From contig JAKMXF010000307.1 of NCBI GenBank assembly GCA_024704765.1, positions 248,001 through 312,000 on the forward strand: a stretch of DNA of 64,000 nucleotides. The letters are read 5' to 3'. Numbering within the stretch: position 1 is the stretch's first letter; each line of letters starts with the position of its first letter. The position numbers were made by a program, and so were the translations under genes. The notes beneath the pieces were generated by a model. That model worked only from the letters and a program-made list of their open reading frames with translations. It did no database searches and was not told where the DNA came from. Shown here piece after piece: positions 1 to 11,188 of this stretch. Origin of the DNA: Oopsacas minuta. Lineage: Eukaryota; Animalia; Porifera.

Positions 1-774
1 ATTGGCTAAATGGATAATGAACCTTGATGCTCATGATAACATCTAAATCATTAAATTTGTAAAGCATATCATTGACCAATCTATGTAGCTGTTAGCTATA
101 GTATTACTCACGAAGTTATTGATTACCAAAACAAATGCACACCACGCAGAAGACCATAAATAAGTCATGGATTGGACGAAACCAGTGTTTTTAATGAGAC
201 TGCGGATCTGAGGACCCATCAAAAATCCCTGCTTTCAGTTTTTGATTGCTCATTCTGGAATGATCTGCAAATGTACTTGAAACTGGGGCCGCCTGTATCT
301 AAAGATTTTACGAACTGCTTCATTAAGCCCAATTTGATGTGGAAGTGAGGAATAATGAGTTTTTCTCTAGAAACCAGTGGCGTCGTGCTCTATGGGCCCG
401 GGGGGGCTCGGGCCCCCCCAAATTTCATGAGCGCCTCCAGATAATTTATTTCCCCCTATAGACTAATGCTTTTTGCTTTTGGTCTTGATGCATACTACTG
501 ATAGTTACATCATGTACATAGGCCAACCCTTAATTTTTTGTTTTATATATCAATTTAGAACATTATTTAATTCTTTTTTCCTAACTTTCGTATTTATAGA
601 GTTAGGCATAAGTTCTGCAACATCTCTGAAAGTGATTGCGCAGTTTGTAAAATATCCATATATCAGCATATTCATGTTCAATTCAGTTTTACTAAAAAAC
701 ATTTCTAGACTAATGAATTTACCATCATCTGCCCAGACGTTTATTGTTTGAAATAACAAGAGAAGTACAGTTAC

Positions 775-976
775 CTGAATTAGTGGTCAATTGCGGTACT
801 ACCAAACGACTTGTTGGAATCCAACCTTCAACAAATTCCTTGTTCTTGAACGTGCGAATAAAGGAAAAGTTAGATAAGGATTGATAGAGTACTCTAACAA
901 TATCTCTAGCCTTCAATGCGATACAATCAATTCCATCATATAAAGCTGAATCAATATCAGAAACAACAACAAATAT
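775..976 (-). CDS. Candidate host exon encoding an SH3-like domain
   Basis: Minus strand has an acceptor (ccttag) at 977 and a donor (GTAACT) at 774. The open frame reads IFVVVSDIDSALYDGIDCIALKARDIVRVLYQSLSNFSFIRTFKNKEFVEGWIPTSRLVVPQ, which fits the SH3 pattern (vv.D...L.l..gDiv.VL....vR....EGwiP...l) by eye. The rest of the gene was not resolved. Confidence 0.45.
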
Positions 977-1060
977 CTAAGGAGTTGTAACGATTATATC
1001 AAACATAATCAAAAAGTGAAGAGTAATTTTACGAAAATAAATTTTCTAAATTTAGGATAG

Positions 1061-1737
1061 GGCACTAAAAAGAAATTAAATAAGAAGACAAGAAAATCAC
1101 TAAAAGAGAACAGTGGGTAAGTTAATCAAAACACAAAAGATTTCAGTGAACCTTCGAGAAAAATATGATACTCAGTTTTATAACAAATGGTAAGCTGTTA
1201 AATTCACTGGAAAATCCAGGAAGTAGATAGATAAATCCCCACCGGAAAAATTTAGATGATATGGAATAATACTGGTAATGAAAAATAATTCCATAAGACT
1301 GAAATAGTAGGTCTACTTGCAAAGAGTAAGTTTAGGATCGAATCATTCCAATCTCAACCTCGAAATCAATCTTTATCAAGTTCTCAAGTATATTCCTTAA
1401 ATTGGTCTATGGACGGATTCTACGTGAGCTATAACAGTGAGTATGTATAAGTAATAATAGCAAGACGGTATACATATTCCTTATGATACTTATGTCACAG
1501 TTGAATTAAAACAAATAAGTAGAGAATTTCTCTGTATTTTACCTTGTGCTGATACATACAAATATTCATCTACACCACAAGACAGTGTAAGTAAACATAC
1601 AATCGACAACTCTCCAAGCCAAATGAGTAGTACTAAATTAAAGAAAAAAATCGAAATTGAAGGGACATGTGAGCAAAAAGGGAAGTAATAGTGGATTCGT
1701 CGAGGCGGTGAAGGATTAATTGTACTCTAGGGGAAGG
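1061..1737 (+). pseudogene. Possible degraded multi-exon host gene fragment, product unknown
   Basis: Five canonical donors (GTAAGT, GTAAGC, GTGAGT) occur within ~630 bp, each preceded by a short open stretch, e.g. EIVGLLAKSKFRIESFQSQPRNQSLSSSQVYSLNWSMDGFYVSYN. The frames do not join cleanly. Confidence 0.2.
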
Positions 1738-1787
1738 TAAGTGTATTAAAGAAGTAAGGAGGGAATATATTATTGATATGGAATATA

Positions 1788-3099
1788 CAGGGTTGGGCAT
1801 AAGTTCTGCCACATTTTTAAATAACTATATTTTCCGATTGATATATTGTATTATGTTGAAATTCGGTATGTACTACTTAAATATAGTATATAGATTCGCA
1901 GATACGTTAATTATTCGATGTATCCTCCTTTTCTTTCAATTACAGCCTTTAGTCTCTTAGGGAAGGCCTCTACAGCGGCACGGAGTATTTCTTGGGGTAT
2001 TCTCTCCCATTCTCGACACAAAGACTTTTTCAGAGAGTCTATATTGGTGTGAGACTTCAAACATGCCCTCGTTTCCAAAATGGACCAGATAGAATAATCC
2101 ATTGGATTTAAATCGGGGCTGTATGGTGGCCATTCTTCCTTTTGAATAAAATATGGATTATTGCTTCGAAGCCAGGCCTGAGTGGCATTCGATGTGTGGG
2201 CTGGAGCACCATCTTGTTGGAACACGAAAGGTTTCCCAGAAAACATAGTTTTAGAGAGATCTTGTATTACAGGTTCTAAAATAAGCTCACGATAGGTTCG
2301 GGTGTAGATTTTTACGCCAGCAGGCACGAATATGAGTGGTGTCCGGCCAATTGATGATATTCCCGCCCAAACCATGACTGAAAGTGGCTTTTGTATACGG
2401 CTGACATATCGAAGTTCTTCTGAGATAGAAGAAATTGAGGATGAGATGATGCGATCATTTTGAGGGTTCGTTGCTTCCTCAATGGTGAATAATTTCTCAT
2501 CTGAGAATAGGAATGAATTGAGACCATGGATCGCGTTCCTCTTAAGAAGTCCCTTGCTTCTCGATGCTCTTTTTGCCTTCACTAGGGTCGTGATGTGATG
2601 GACTCTCTTTCTCTTGAAAGAGCGCATATGCAAGTCATTTTTAACAACTCGTCCGATTGATCTACGTGAAACTCTTAGTTCTTTGGCCATTTTGCTCATT
2701 AACCGGCGGGGATTTCGGCGAATTCGTTGACGTACTACTTTTTTAAGCCTTTGAGTCGTTACAGACCGTGGACGGCCAGATCTTGGTTTATCAGTAATCC
2801 CGCCGGTCACTTCATACCGCTTAATAGTTCGAGTAATGAACTTCCTTCTGCTATTAGGGAACTTCAGAAGATTGAAGATTTCTGAAGGATTTTTCCTGCT
2901 TGAAATAATTCAATGATTTTCGACCTCTCTTGCTTCATGACCAATTATCGCTTCAAAAGGCTAAGATAATATAAAATTTCAGGGAAAGAGTGAAAAATAT
3001 ATATTATAACAAAGTTTGAGCTAAATGACAGATACAAGTAACTAATGGAATAATTTTGGCTGGATTATAATATTGTGGCAGAACTTATGCCCAACCCTG
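1788..3099 (-). mobile_element. Tc1/mariner superfamily, DD37D (maT-like) transposon, full length
   Basis: Perfect 26-bp TIRs CAGGGTTGGGCATAAGTTCTGCCACA (1788-1813 and 3074-3099), TA on both flanks, 1312 bp, internal transposase. Confidence 0.95.
1911..2938 (-). pseudogene. DD37D transposase with one 1-nt frameshift near 2892
   Basis: Motifs FLFSDEKLF, FQQDGAPAH and WPPYSPDLNPMDYS, with 37 residues between the 2nd and 3rd D. ATG at 2938 (MKQERSKIIELFQAG) is out of frame by one missing A in GGAAAAATCC; restoring it gives ~342 aa. Confidence 0.9.
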
Positions 3100-3364
3100 T
3101 ACATGCTTATATTCGCGATGTATTTCCTTTTGAGATTATGAATGCCAAAGTTATAGAAATAAGATGACAAATTCTTCATTACAACTATGTTTAAAGTTAA
3201 AAACCTAATTTCACACCCATATAACTAACCAGAAACCAATTATGTTATTGTCATTAAGATCATGCAACCTCAAGTATCCGCCAAACCAAAACAATATACA
3301 TTGAAAGCACTATATATGTATGTGCATACAGGATGAAACTTTCACTAACTAAAATACTATAGCT

Positions 3365-4234
3365 ATGACATCAAAGAAACGAAAGTATAATAATGATTAC
3401 CTTTAACTGGGATTTACAAGCAATCACAATTGGACGAATACAAAAACCACAATGCGTGATTTGTCACAATGTATTCGCAACTGATCGCATAAGGCTAAAT
3501 ACACTTATGGCACATTGTGAGTGTTCACCCAATATATGACACAAAGTTCTGAAAACTATTGCAAGAGCAAGACATTTTCGATATCATCTTTATCTACATT
3601 CAATCTCCTAATAGTGATTGGAAGAAACTAGTTTTCTGCACTCCAAATAAAGCACCAGTTATGATGGAAAGAAGACAAGAGTCATTATCCTGTCTAAAGA
3701 TATAGCACCAAACATGATTTTAAATCATTGGTGAATCCACAGACAAGTGTTATCATCGCAAACAATGCCAGAGGAACTATCAACAATCTTCAATAAAGTC
3801 CATCCCATTAGCAATATAAATTTTTAGTCCGTGGCCAAAAGAATTGGAACACAAAATCATTAATGACACATGTGGCGTATGGCACAATGCGACCATATAC
3901 GTACTGAATTATCTGAAATATATCAGGAAAGGCGATTGTAATAATATAAGTAATGATCGAAATAAGTCACAGATGTTTGAAATGATCTTCAACTGATGCA
4001 ACTAAAGTAAATACATATTTGTGCTATGTGTTAATTCTGGCAGAGTGTTCCAATACTTTTGGCCAAGGAGTGCGTACATATTATTAATAAACTTCATCAA
4101 TCAACTAAAATATATTAAATATTTATTCAGTTCACAAATTAGAAAATCTATTAGACAATGTCTTTCGAGAAGGGGGGAACACTTGATAAATCTTGCCAAA
4201 GGTGGCATTGTTCTAAAAAGTTTGGGAACCACTG
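3365..4234 (+). mobile_element. Internally deleted hAT (Buster-type) relic
   Basis: Broken N-terminus MTSKKRKYNNDYL*LGFT...KPQCVICHNVF, and a right-end TIR AAGTTTGGGAACCACTG ending at 4234. Left TIR not found. Confidence 0.6.
3825..4072. mobile_element. ~250-bp Tc1-type MITE nested in the Buster relic
   Basis: Degenerate TIRs (GTGGCCAAAAGAATTGGAACAC / GTGTTCCAATACTTTTGGCCAAGGAGTG). Same TIR family and length as the copies at 47040-47289 and 37252/39235. Confidence 0.6.
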
Positions 4235-6445
4235 GGTTAAAGTAAGACTCGGTTGAAATCGTTAGGACTCGATTCAGTTCTGCGGGACCTGATAACTATG
4301 CAATAGAGGGTGCATGAAATATTAGAAGGAGTGACTTTATCGAAGTTAAGGGTTCTGATATGCAATCCGTTGTATGTGCCACTTTTGGACACATTTGAAG
4401 GCGCCAGAATTCAAAATTGCTACATCCCGGGGACATTTATGTGATGGTAGGGAAAAAATAATCCCATTATATCAAGGGACCACTCAAAAGAATTGTAATA
4501 ATTTCCTGATTACCAATATTTACCAACATTTGTTTCGATACTAACTTGATGAGTTATATGAAAGTAAACACCTTCAAACTGTGAACAAAGTGGTACATAT
4601 TAATGGGTGCATCACACAACTGAACCTCGATGATGTGGTTCCCCTTCGAAAAACTACAAGCAGACACTAGTGTAGCTTCGTACAAAATTTGATGCTTTTA
4701 TACGACTTGTTACAGTTTCAGCGCTAACTTTCTTGAATATTACCATTTGGTAATTGTTAATATAGCAATATTTCATCAATAATTGTAGTAATTAATTTTG
4801 ACCTGTTCAATTCAAGACAAGTAACCATCCAAATAATCTAACCATATTTGATAGGAAATCAACGCTCATTTGATGTTGTACACCTATATTAACTCATCCC
4901 TTCGAGCTTGGCTGTGGCATTTGTACTTCTTGTCATGAAACATTTGGTCAAATACAAACTGATTAATGTACATAGTACACAGTTTGAATAATACCATTTA
5001 ACAAATGGTAATATACATGACATCTTGGAGGTGTGAGTATATTCCAATGTATAAGGTGAGGGTCTGTGTATTTTGTTCATAGTTTCTGGTTGATGATGGG
5101 AATTCTGTTGCGATTAATTGATCATGACTCATAATTGTGCTTATGTGATTTTCGAACTATTTTAATGTGGACCTGAGCATATATATCGCTTTCAGTAATT
5201 GTTGATTACTGTGTTTCATTAATATTTTTGTTAAGACCATTATTTTATAGACTGCTGCCCTCGGTTCGATTCCCACCTGCCTTTTTTCTTTTCTTGTAGA
5301 ATACCTGAAACTGACAAACTTCAAAATATCCTTGAAATTCTCCCTGATTTCAATATACACATCTCCAACATTGGCAAAGCTGTAATCTGGTAGAGTTAGG
5401 CTGTACTAGAGCGGAGCTTTGTATATTTTCTCTGACTACAAAGTAGATATTCGTCATAGATAATATATTTCAACATTCAACATCTGGCATCTGCATTAAG
5501 TGTATATACAGATACTATTATGTGTGAACGACTTTGAGTGATCATAAATCTCGCAAAGCTAATCCTAGTCCCCAGAACACAAACGATACATGGACCGGAG
5601 GGGAGAGAAATCGCTAGCGTTATGAACTAGAGGCAGAAATTGCAGGTGTGTTATCGACGCTAGTTTTTGTGGTTCTGAGAAATAGATTTCTAGCGATTCA
5701 GAAAACAAAAGAAATTTGGTTTACAGACGGTACACATGAAACGAAAGTTTTCACGATATTTCGCTAAATAAGCCCCTGGGCTATAGAAGGCTCAAAGAGG
5801 CCAATTGTTGTGGTTAAAATGAATCATCACCCTCTATAAAATCATTTTTCAATGAAATATGAGCATAATTTGAGTATGCAACAAATTAAGATTAGAATTT
5901 CCGATAAATCTTTGTATTCTCAACATAATAATAGACAAATAAACGAATAATGGACAAGAAAATTAAGCACCTGGGCGTATTAGAAACACGACATAAGTTA
6001 TACCGAGTACCAGGAAACAAAAAGGATGAGATAAATTTAGAACTATGGCCTTTCTACTATAGGTGATATTTTGGTGACTATCCTTAGGGGGAGACGAATA
6101 TCATTAGAAAGGTCCCTATATCCCTAGAGTTTTCAGAATGGAGGGTCCTAAATACTTGTCTCCAAACGAGCTTTCATCGTGGGGAAATTCTTTCTTATAT
6201 AACATGCGTTAGCCCAGGGGCGTAGATCCCGGGGGGTGGGGGATGCTCTATGTAATCATCCCCCTACATTTTAACTTTTGAGATACGTCTACAGGGTGTA
6301 ACGTTATTATTGCTCTCAAATCTTTTGAGTTTCAGCAGATTATCCTCTTGTTACATTCAAATTTCACTGTTCTCGAGTATGTTTTCAAAGATATTAATCT
6401 GAGATTTCATTCCCCATCTACTCATTGAAATATATGTTATAAAAT

Positions 6446-6819
6446 CAGGGTTGATAAAATCATGATTTTTAACAATATCAAAAAATCGGATTTTTTGAAT
6501 TTAATTGGATTTTTTGTTTCAATCTGATTGTGTATGACAACTGAATGAACCATCCGGGTTAATATGAACATTTGTTCATTATGAACAACCCCCTCAGGTC
6601 CCAATTCCTCGGCTTACATAAGATTTGTATTAAGCCAAGTCATTATGAAGGGGTTCAGAAAAGCGATCCTGACCGTACAAATAAATAGATTTTCGATAGG
6701 TATACATAATAATATCAGAATGGACATAATCAGCTTGAGAAAAATATACCAACAAAATATTGTATTTTAATAAGATATTCTGATACAACTCGGATTTTGA
6801 TTTAAATCAAACAACCCTG
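6446..6819. mobile_element. hAT-type MITE
   Basis: Ends CAGGGTTG / CAACCCTG with subterminal GATTTTTT-type repeats. Flanks GTTATAAAAT and GTTATAAT fit an 8-bp TSD with a 2-nt slip. Confidence 0.65.
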
Positions 6820-8248
6820 GTTATAATCCAGTTAGATGTATACTTGTAACAATCTCTATCGTGCTTATTAATAATTCGCACTCGTAGAGTCTCTTCGAAA
6901 ATAATTTATACTGTAATCTAGATATATTAATCAATAGGTTCTTTTCACACTACCAAGTATAAAGTATATTATATAGACTATGATCTATGTTCTTAGCTTG
7001 TTTTATTATTGTCTATCTTTTTGTCGAGTTAGGAAGTCTAATGATTACGATTATGGCATATTCATATTTGTCATATGTAGAAAAGGGAATACCGACAATT
7101 CGCACCACGACAATTCGCGCCTGATTTGATTGGTCAATTGATTCCGAATATGATTTTTAGCATTGTATGATCAATTTTGTTGTTATTTATGTACATAAAG
7201 TAAAGAAATTTCAAAAAGTTCGTATATTTTAACGGCTACAGAGATAATCGAGTGTTCGAATAGCATATCGTGAATATTCGCCTTAGAGAGTGACTTTCAA
7301 AGCATACATAGGATACTTAGTAATACACAACACAAATTATCGGTTGATTAGGAGTAACCTAGGCGCCCGAAAGGTGCCTAATGAGGACGCTTCGTGTCCA
7401 CAACCGCGTACCGCAAGGAAGAGTAGCTTGTATATGTTGAATTTTTGAACCATACAAGTAGTAAAGTATGGATTGCACAATCTGTGATCAAAGAATTTAT
7501 CCATACATTTGGAAAAAATATAAATAAAATCATTCCTGATTTATCATAATACAATTTGAAGCTGTTCTTCTATGGAAAATCTTTCTTATATTTCCCTACA
7601 TTGAGCTGGCCTAACTCAAAATTGCTACTTAAATTCCTTTAATAATACGGTGGACTCCGCTTAATAGAGCCACCGGTTAATCTGGCAAACCCCTTTATCC
7701 AATAAATTTAGGTGATAATTCAATCTCTGGATGGGTATTGTTTCGGATAAGTAAACTAGCCATCCACTTTTAAATATTGGCCTTGCTGGGATAGATCGGA
7801 ATGATATTTGTAACAGATATTTTGTTTATTTAACTTATAATCATGATATCACGTACGTCATGATTAAATGAACTTAATACCCCTACACAATTATCCTACA
7901 AAATGGGGACACAAGGATACTGCCAATAGGATATCCAATTCAGGCATTAAGTGTTACGTAAAGTTTGAATCACCGCGTTCGTGCCAGGAAATTAACCCTT
8001 TAGGTTTTTATTCGATAACAAGTCAGATGAATCAAGTCAAGTCATAAATAAACTATATTTAATGTCTAATATGCATGTGTGTACAAACTAATTGAATAAA
8101 AATAATGATAAATATAATAAAAATAAGAAAATAAATAATTATGATAACTTAAAATAATATATATAAAGAGAGTTGTAGGAGAAAGATCAAGTGAGGTGCA
8201 GCCACCACATCATAACCACTGTCCTTCTTCCATAGTAGCTGCACCTCA

Positions 8249-9565
8249 ATGGAGAGGATAGAGGAGAGGAGAGGAGAGGAGAGGAGAGGAGAGGAGAGGA
8301 GTGGAGTGAGAAGAGAAAGAGATGTGACGCATTGGTTGTGTGAGCAAAGAGGGGTGTGCAAAGCAAGAGTTCATACCAAAGGGATGGTGATAGTCAAGCG
8401 CACGAATGAGCACTCCCATGGGCCTGACGAGCAGGCAGCGGACTGTTGTGAAGCGAAGGCAGGCATGAAGAGGAAAGCACGGGAGTCCCAGGATAGCACA
8501 CACCACATAGTGGGCGAGAGTTTGCTAACAGCATCAGAGGGTACTGCTGCTAAACTCCCCAAACTGGACAGCCTGAAGCGGACGATACAACGCCAACGTG
8601 CTAGTGTACTTGCAGCTCCAGCACAGCCTACCACTCTAGCAGAGCTAGCTCTACCAGCAGTCTACCAGCAGACAGCCAAGAGAGAACAGTTCTTACTCTA
8701 CTACTCTGGTGCAGACGATGTACACAGATTCCTCATCTTCGGGACACAACACAACCTCGGGATGCTACGGCGAAGCAAGATCTGGCTAGCTGATGGCACC
8801 TTCAAGACGGCGCCTCCCCTCTTCGCCCAGCTGTATGTGGTGCATGGACTTCGTGGAGGAGATGATCCTATGAAGACCGGCCATCTGTTACCGAGCCTGT
8901 TCGTGCTACTGCCCAACAAGACGGAGGCTGCCTACCTGAGGATGTGGGAACAGATCCGCCTACTGTGTCCACTTGCCCAGCCTCAACAGATGCTCCTGGA
9001 CTTTGAGAAGGGCGCGATTACCAGCTTTGAGCATGTCTGGCCTAACACAGTAGTGAAGTGCTGCCTCTTCCACCTCACACAGAATATCTGGCGACATGTG
9101 CAGTCTGTAGGGATGCAGTCTGCCTACACACATGACGAAGAGTTGGCTATGCGCATCCGGAGGATACCAGCCCTTGCTTTTGCTCGACCAGCAGACGTAC
9201 CCGTTCTGTTTGATCAAGTGGCAATGGACCTCCCCCTTACGCCTGGAATAGGCGAACTAGTCGACTACTTTGAGAGGACGTATATCGGCCGCACAGTTGC
9301 CAGCGGATACCATGTAGCGGCGACGTACCCTATTCACCTGTGGAACAACCACATCGGCACGCCCTTAGGACTCCCCCGTACAACCAACGCCGTAGAGGCA
9401 TGGCACCGCAGCTTCAATGCCACTGTCGGCTGCCATCACCCTACCATATGGAAGTTCATCCTCTCACTCAAGCGTGAGCAGAGCCTAGTGGAGGTGCGGC
9501 ATACTAACTACCTCGTTGGCAAGCCACCATGCACCAACCAAGCGGAGGCGGTCCCAACAGAGTGA
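8249..9565 (+). CDS. MULE transposase, left arm of copy 1 (microsatellite-derived N-terminus, frameshifted C-terminus)
   Basis: 438-aa ORF with a partial FLYWCH (WLCEQRGVCKARVHT...HSH) and MULE DDE motifs WLADGTFKTAP, LLDFEKG, CCLFHLTQ and TTNAVEAWH. A 7-bp insertion gives the ending PCTNQAEAVPTE. Confidence 0.75.
   Translation: MERIEERRGEERRGEERSGVRRERDVTHWLCEQRGVCKARVHTKGMVIVKRTNEHSHGPDEQAADCCEAKAGMKRKARESQDSTHHIVGESLLTASEGTAAKLPKLDSLKRTIQRQRASVLAAPAQPTTLAELALPAVYQQTAKREQFLLYYSGADDVHRFLIFGTQHNLGMLRRSKIWLADGTFKTAPPLFAQLYVVHGLRGGDDPMKTGHLLPSLFVLLPNKTEAAYLRMWEQIRLLCPLAQPQQMLLDFEKGAITSFEHVWPNTVVKCCLFHLTQNIWRHVQSVGMQSAYTHDEELAMRIRRIPALAFARPADVPVLFDQVAMDLPLTPGIGELVDYFERTYIGRTVASGYHVAATYPIHLWNNHIGTPLGLPRTTNAVEAWHRSFNATVGCHHPTIWKFILSLKREQSLVEVRHTNYLVGKPPCTNQAEAVPTE
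8261..8300 (+). repeat. (GAGGA)8 microsatellite at the outer boundary of the left arm
   Basis: Read directly. The equivalent tract in copy 2 (~54859-54878) has 4 units. Confidence 0.9.
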
Positions 9566-11082
9566 GGAAGCGTTGAAGACTCTAGTTCGCGAATATTATT
9601 CTCCAGATCGTTCTAAAATGGAGTTCTTGCAGGGTGTAGCACATCATTTCAGCCTGGGAGCCGATTAACATGTAAATCAAAGTATTATCTAGCCCTCAAT
9701 ACATTGATTAGAGATAATCCTTTAGATTAACATGTTAATCGGCTCCCAGGCTGAAATGATGCGCTACACCCTGCAAGAACTCCATTTTAGAACGATCTGG
9801 AGAATAATATTCGCGAACTAGAGTCTTCAACGCTTCCTCACTCTGTTGGGACCGCCTCCGCTTGGTTGGTGCATGGTGGCTTGCCAACGAGGTAGTTAGT
9901 ATGCCGCACCTCCACTAGGCTCTGCTCACGCTTGAGTGAGAGGATGAACTTCCATATGGTAGGGTGATGGCAGCCGACAGTGGCATTGAAGCTGCGGTGC
10001 CATGCCTCTACGGCGTTGGTTGTACGGGGGAGTCCTAAGGGCGTGCCGATGTGGTTGTTCCACAGGTGAATAGGGTACGTCGCCGCTACATGGTATCCGC
10101 TGGCAACTGTGCGGCCGATATACGTCCTCTCAAAGTAGTCGACTAGTTCGCCTATTTCAGGCGTAAGGGGGAGGTCCATTGCCACTTGATCAAACAGAAC
10201 GGGTACGTCTGCTGGTCGAGCAAAAGCAAGGGCTGGTATCCTCCGGATGCGCATAGCCAACTCTTCGTCATGTGTGTAGGCAGACTGCATCCCTACAGAC
10301 TGCACATGTCGCCAGATATTCTGTGTGAGGTGGAAGAGGCAGCACTTCACTACTGTGTTAGGCCAGACATGCTCAAAGCTGGTAATCGCGCCCTTCTCAA
10401 AGTCCAGGAGCATCTGTTGAGGCTGGGCAAGTGGACACAGTAGGCGGATCTGTTCCCACATCCTCAGGTAGGCAGCCTCCGTCTTGTTGGGCAGTAGCAC
10501 GAACAGGCTCGGTAACAGATGGCCGGTCTTCATAGGATCATCTCCTCCACGAAGTCCATGCACCACATACAGCTGGGCGAAGAGGGGAGGCGCCGTCTTG
10601 AAGGTGCCATCAGCTAGCCAGATCTTGCTTCGCGTAGCATCCCGAGGTTGTGTTGTGTCCCGAAGATGAGGAATCTGTGTACATCGTCTGCACCAGAGTA
10701 GTAGAGTAAGAACTGTCCTCCCTTGGCTGTCTCCTGGTAGACTGCTGGTAGAGCTAGCTCTGCTAGAGTGGTAGGCTGTGCTGGAGCTGTAAGTACACTA
10801 GCACGTTGACGTTGTATCGTCCGCTTCAGGCTGTCCAGTTTGGGGAGTTTAGCAGCAGTACCCTCTGATGCTGTTAGCAAACTCTCGCCCACTATGTGGT
10901 GTGTGCTATCCTGGACTCCCGTGCTTTCCTCTTCATGCCTGCCTTCGCTTCACAACAGTCCGCTGCCTGCTCGTCAGGCCCATGGGAGTGCTCATTCGTG
11001 CGCTTGACTATCACCATCCCTTTGGTATGAACTCTTGCTTTGCACACCCCTCTTTGCTCACACAACCAATGCGTCACATCTC
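8319..11082. repeat. Long inverted repeat (arms ~1.37 kb, 21-nt loop at 9691-9711)
   Basis: 8319-9690 is the near-exact reverse complement of 9712-11082, and the ORF track gives the same protein on both strands. Confidence 0.95.
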
Positions 11083-11188
11083 CAACTCTCCTCTGCACTC
11101 CAAATAAATATCCATCCTCCAACAGCTTGTCTCCTCCTCTTTGTGACTTGATCAGCCTAAAGGTTGGCTGATCAAGAGGTTCCGTCAT
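9838..11188 (-). pseudogene. MULE transposase, right arm of copy 1, native ATG but frameshifted
   Basis: Starts MTEPLDQPTFRLIKSQRGGDKL at 11188. Frameshifts near 10913 and 10630, plus the same 7-bp C-terminal insertion. Confidence 0.88.

Noticed and set aside
376-420. Isolated hAT-like ends (also near 11740, 26968, 33535, 34217, 36648)
   Set aside because: Recognisable termini, but no partner TIR or TSD could be paired, so they are not listed as elements.
2885-2900. Programmed -1 frameshift in the DD37D transposase
   Set aside because: A-GGA-AAA is not a proper X-XXY-YYZ slippery heptamer. A simple homopolymer deletion or sequencing error is more likely.
5228-5282. tRNA-like B-box GGTTCGATTCCC
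   Set aside because: The T-stem does not pair and there is no acceptor stem or cloverleaf. At most a decayed tRNA/SINE fragment.
8319-11082. Palindromes as fold-back read or amplification artefacts
   Set aside because: Two independent loci with different TSDs share the same junctions, and the arms carry private substitutions and indels. An artefact would give identical arms at arbitrary positions. Long-read confirmation is still desirable.
8246-11107. Short antisense ORFs within the MULE arms (e.g. MIKQNGYVCW..., MVGCAGAAS...) as a second gene
   Set aside because: They are shadows of the GC-rich transposase frame and recur only because the arms are duplicated.
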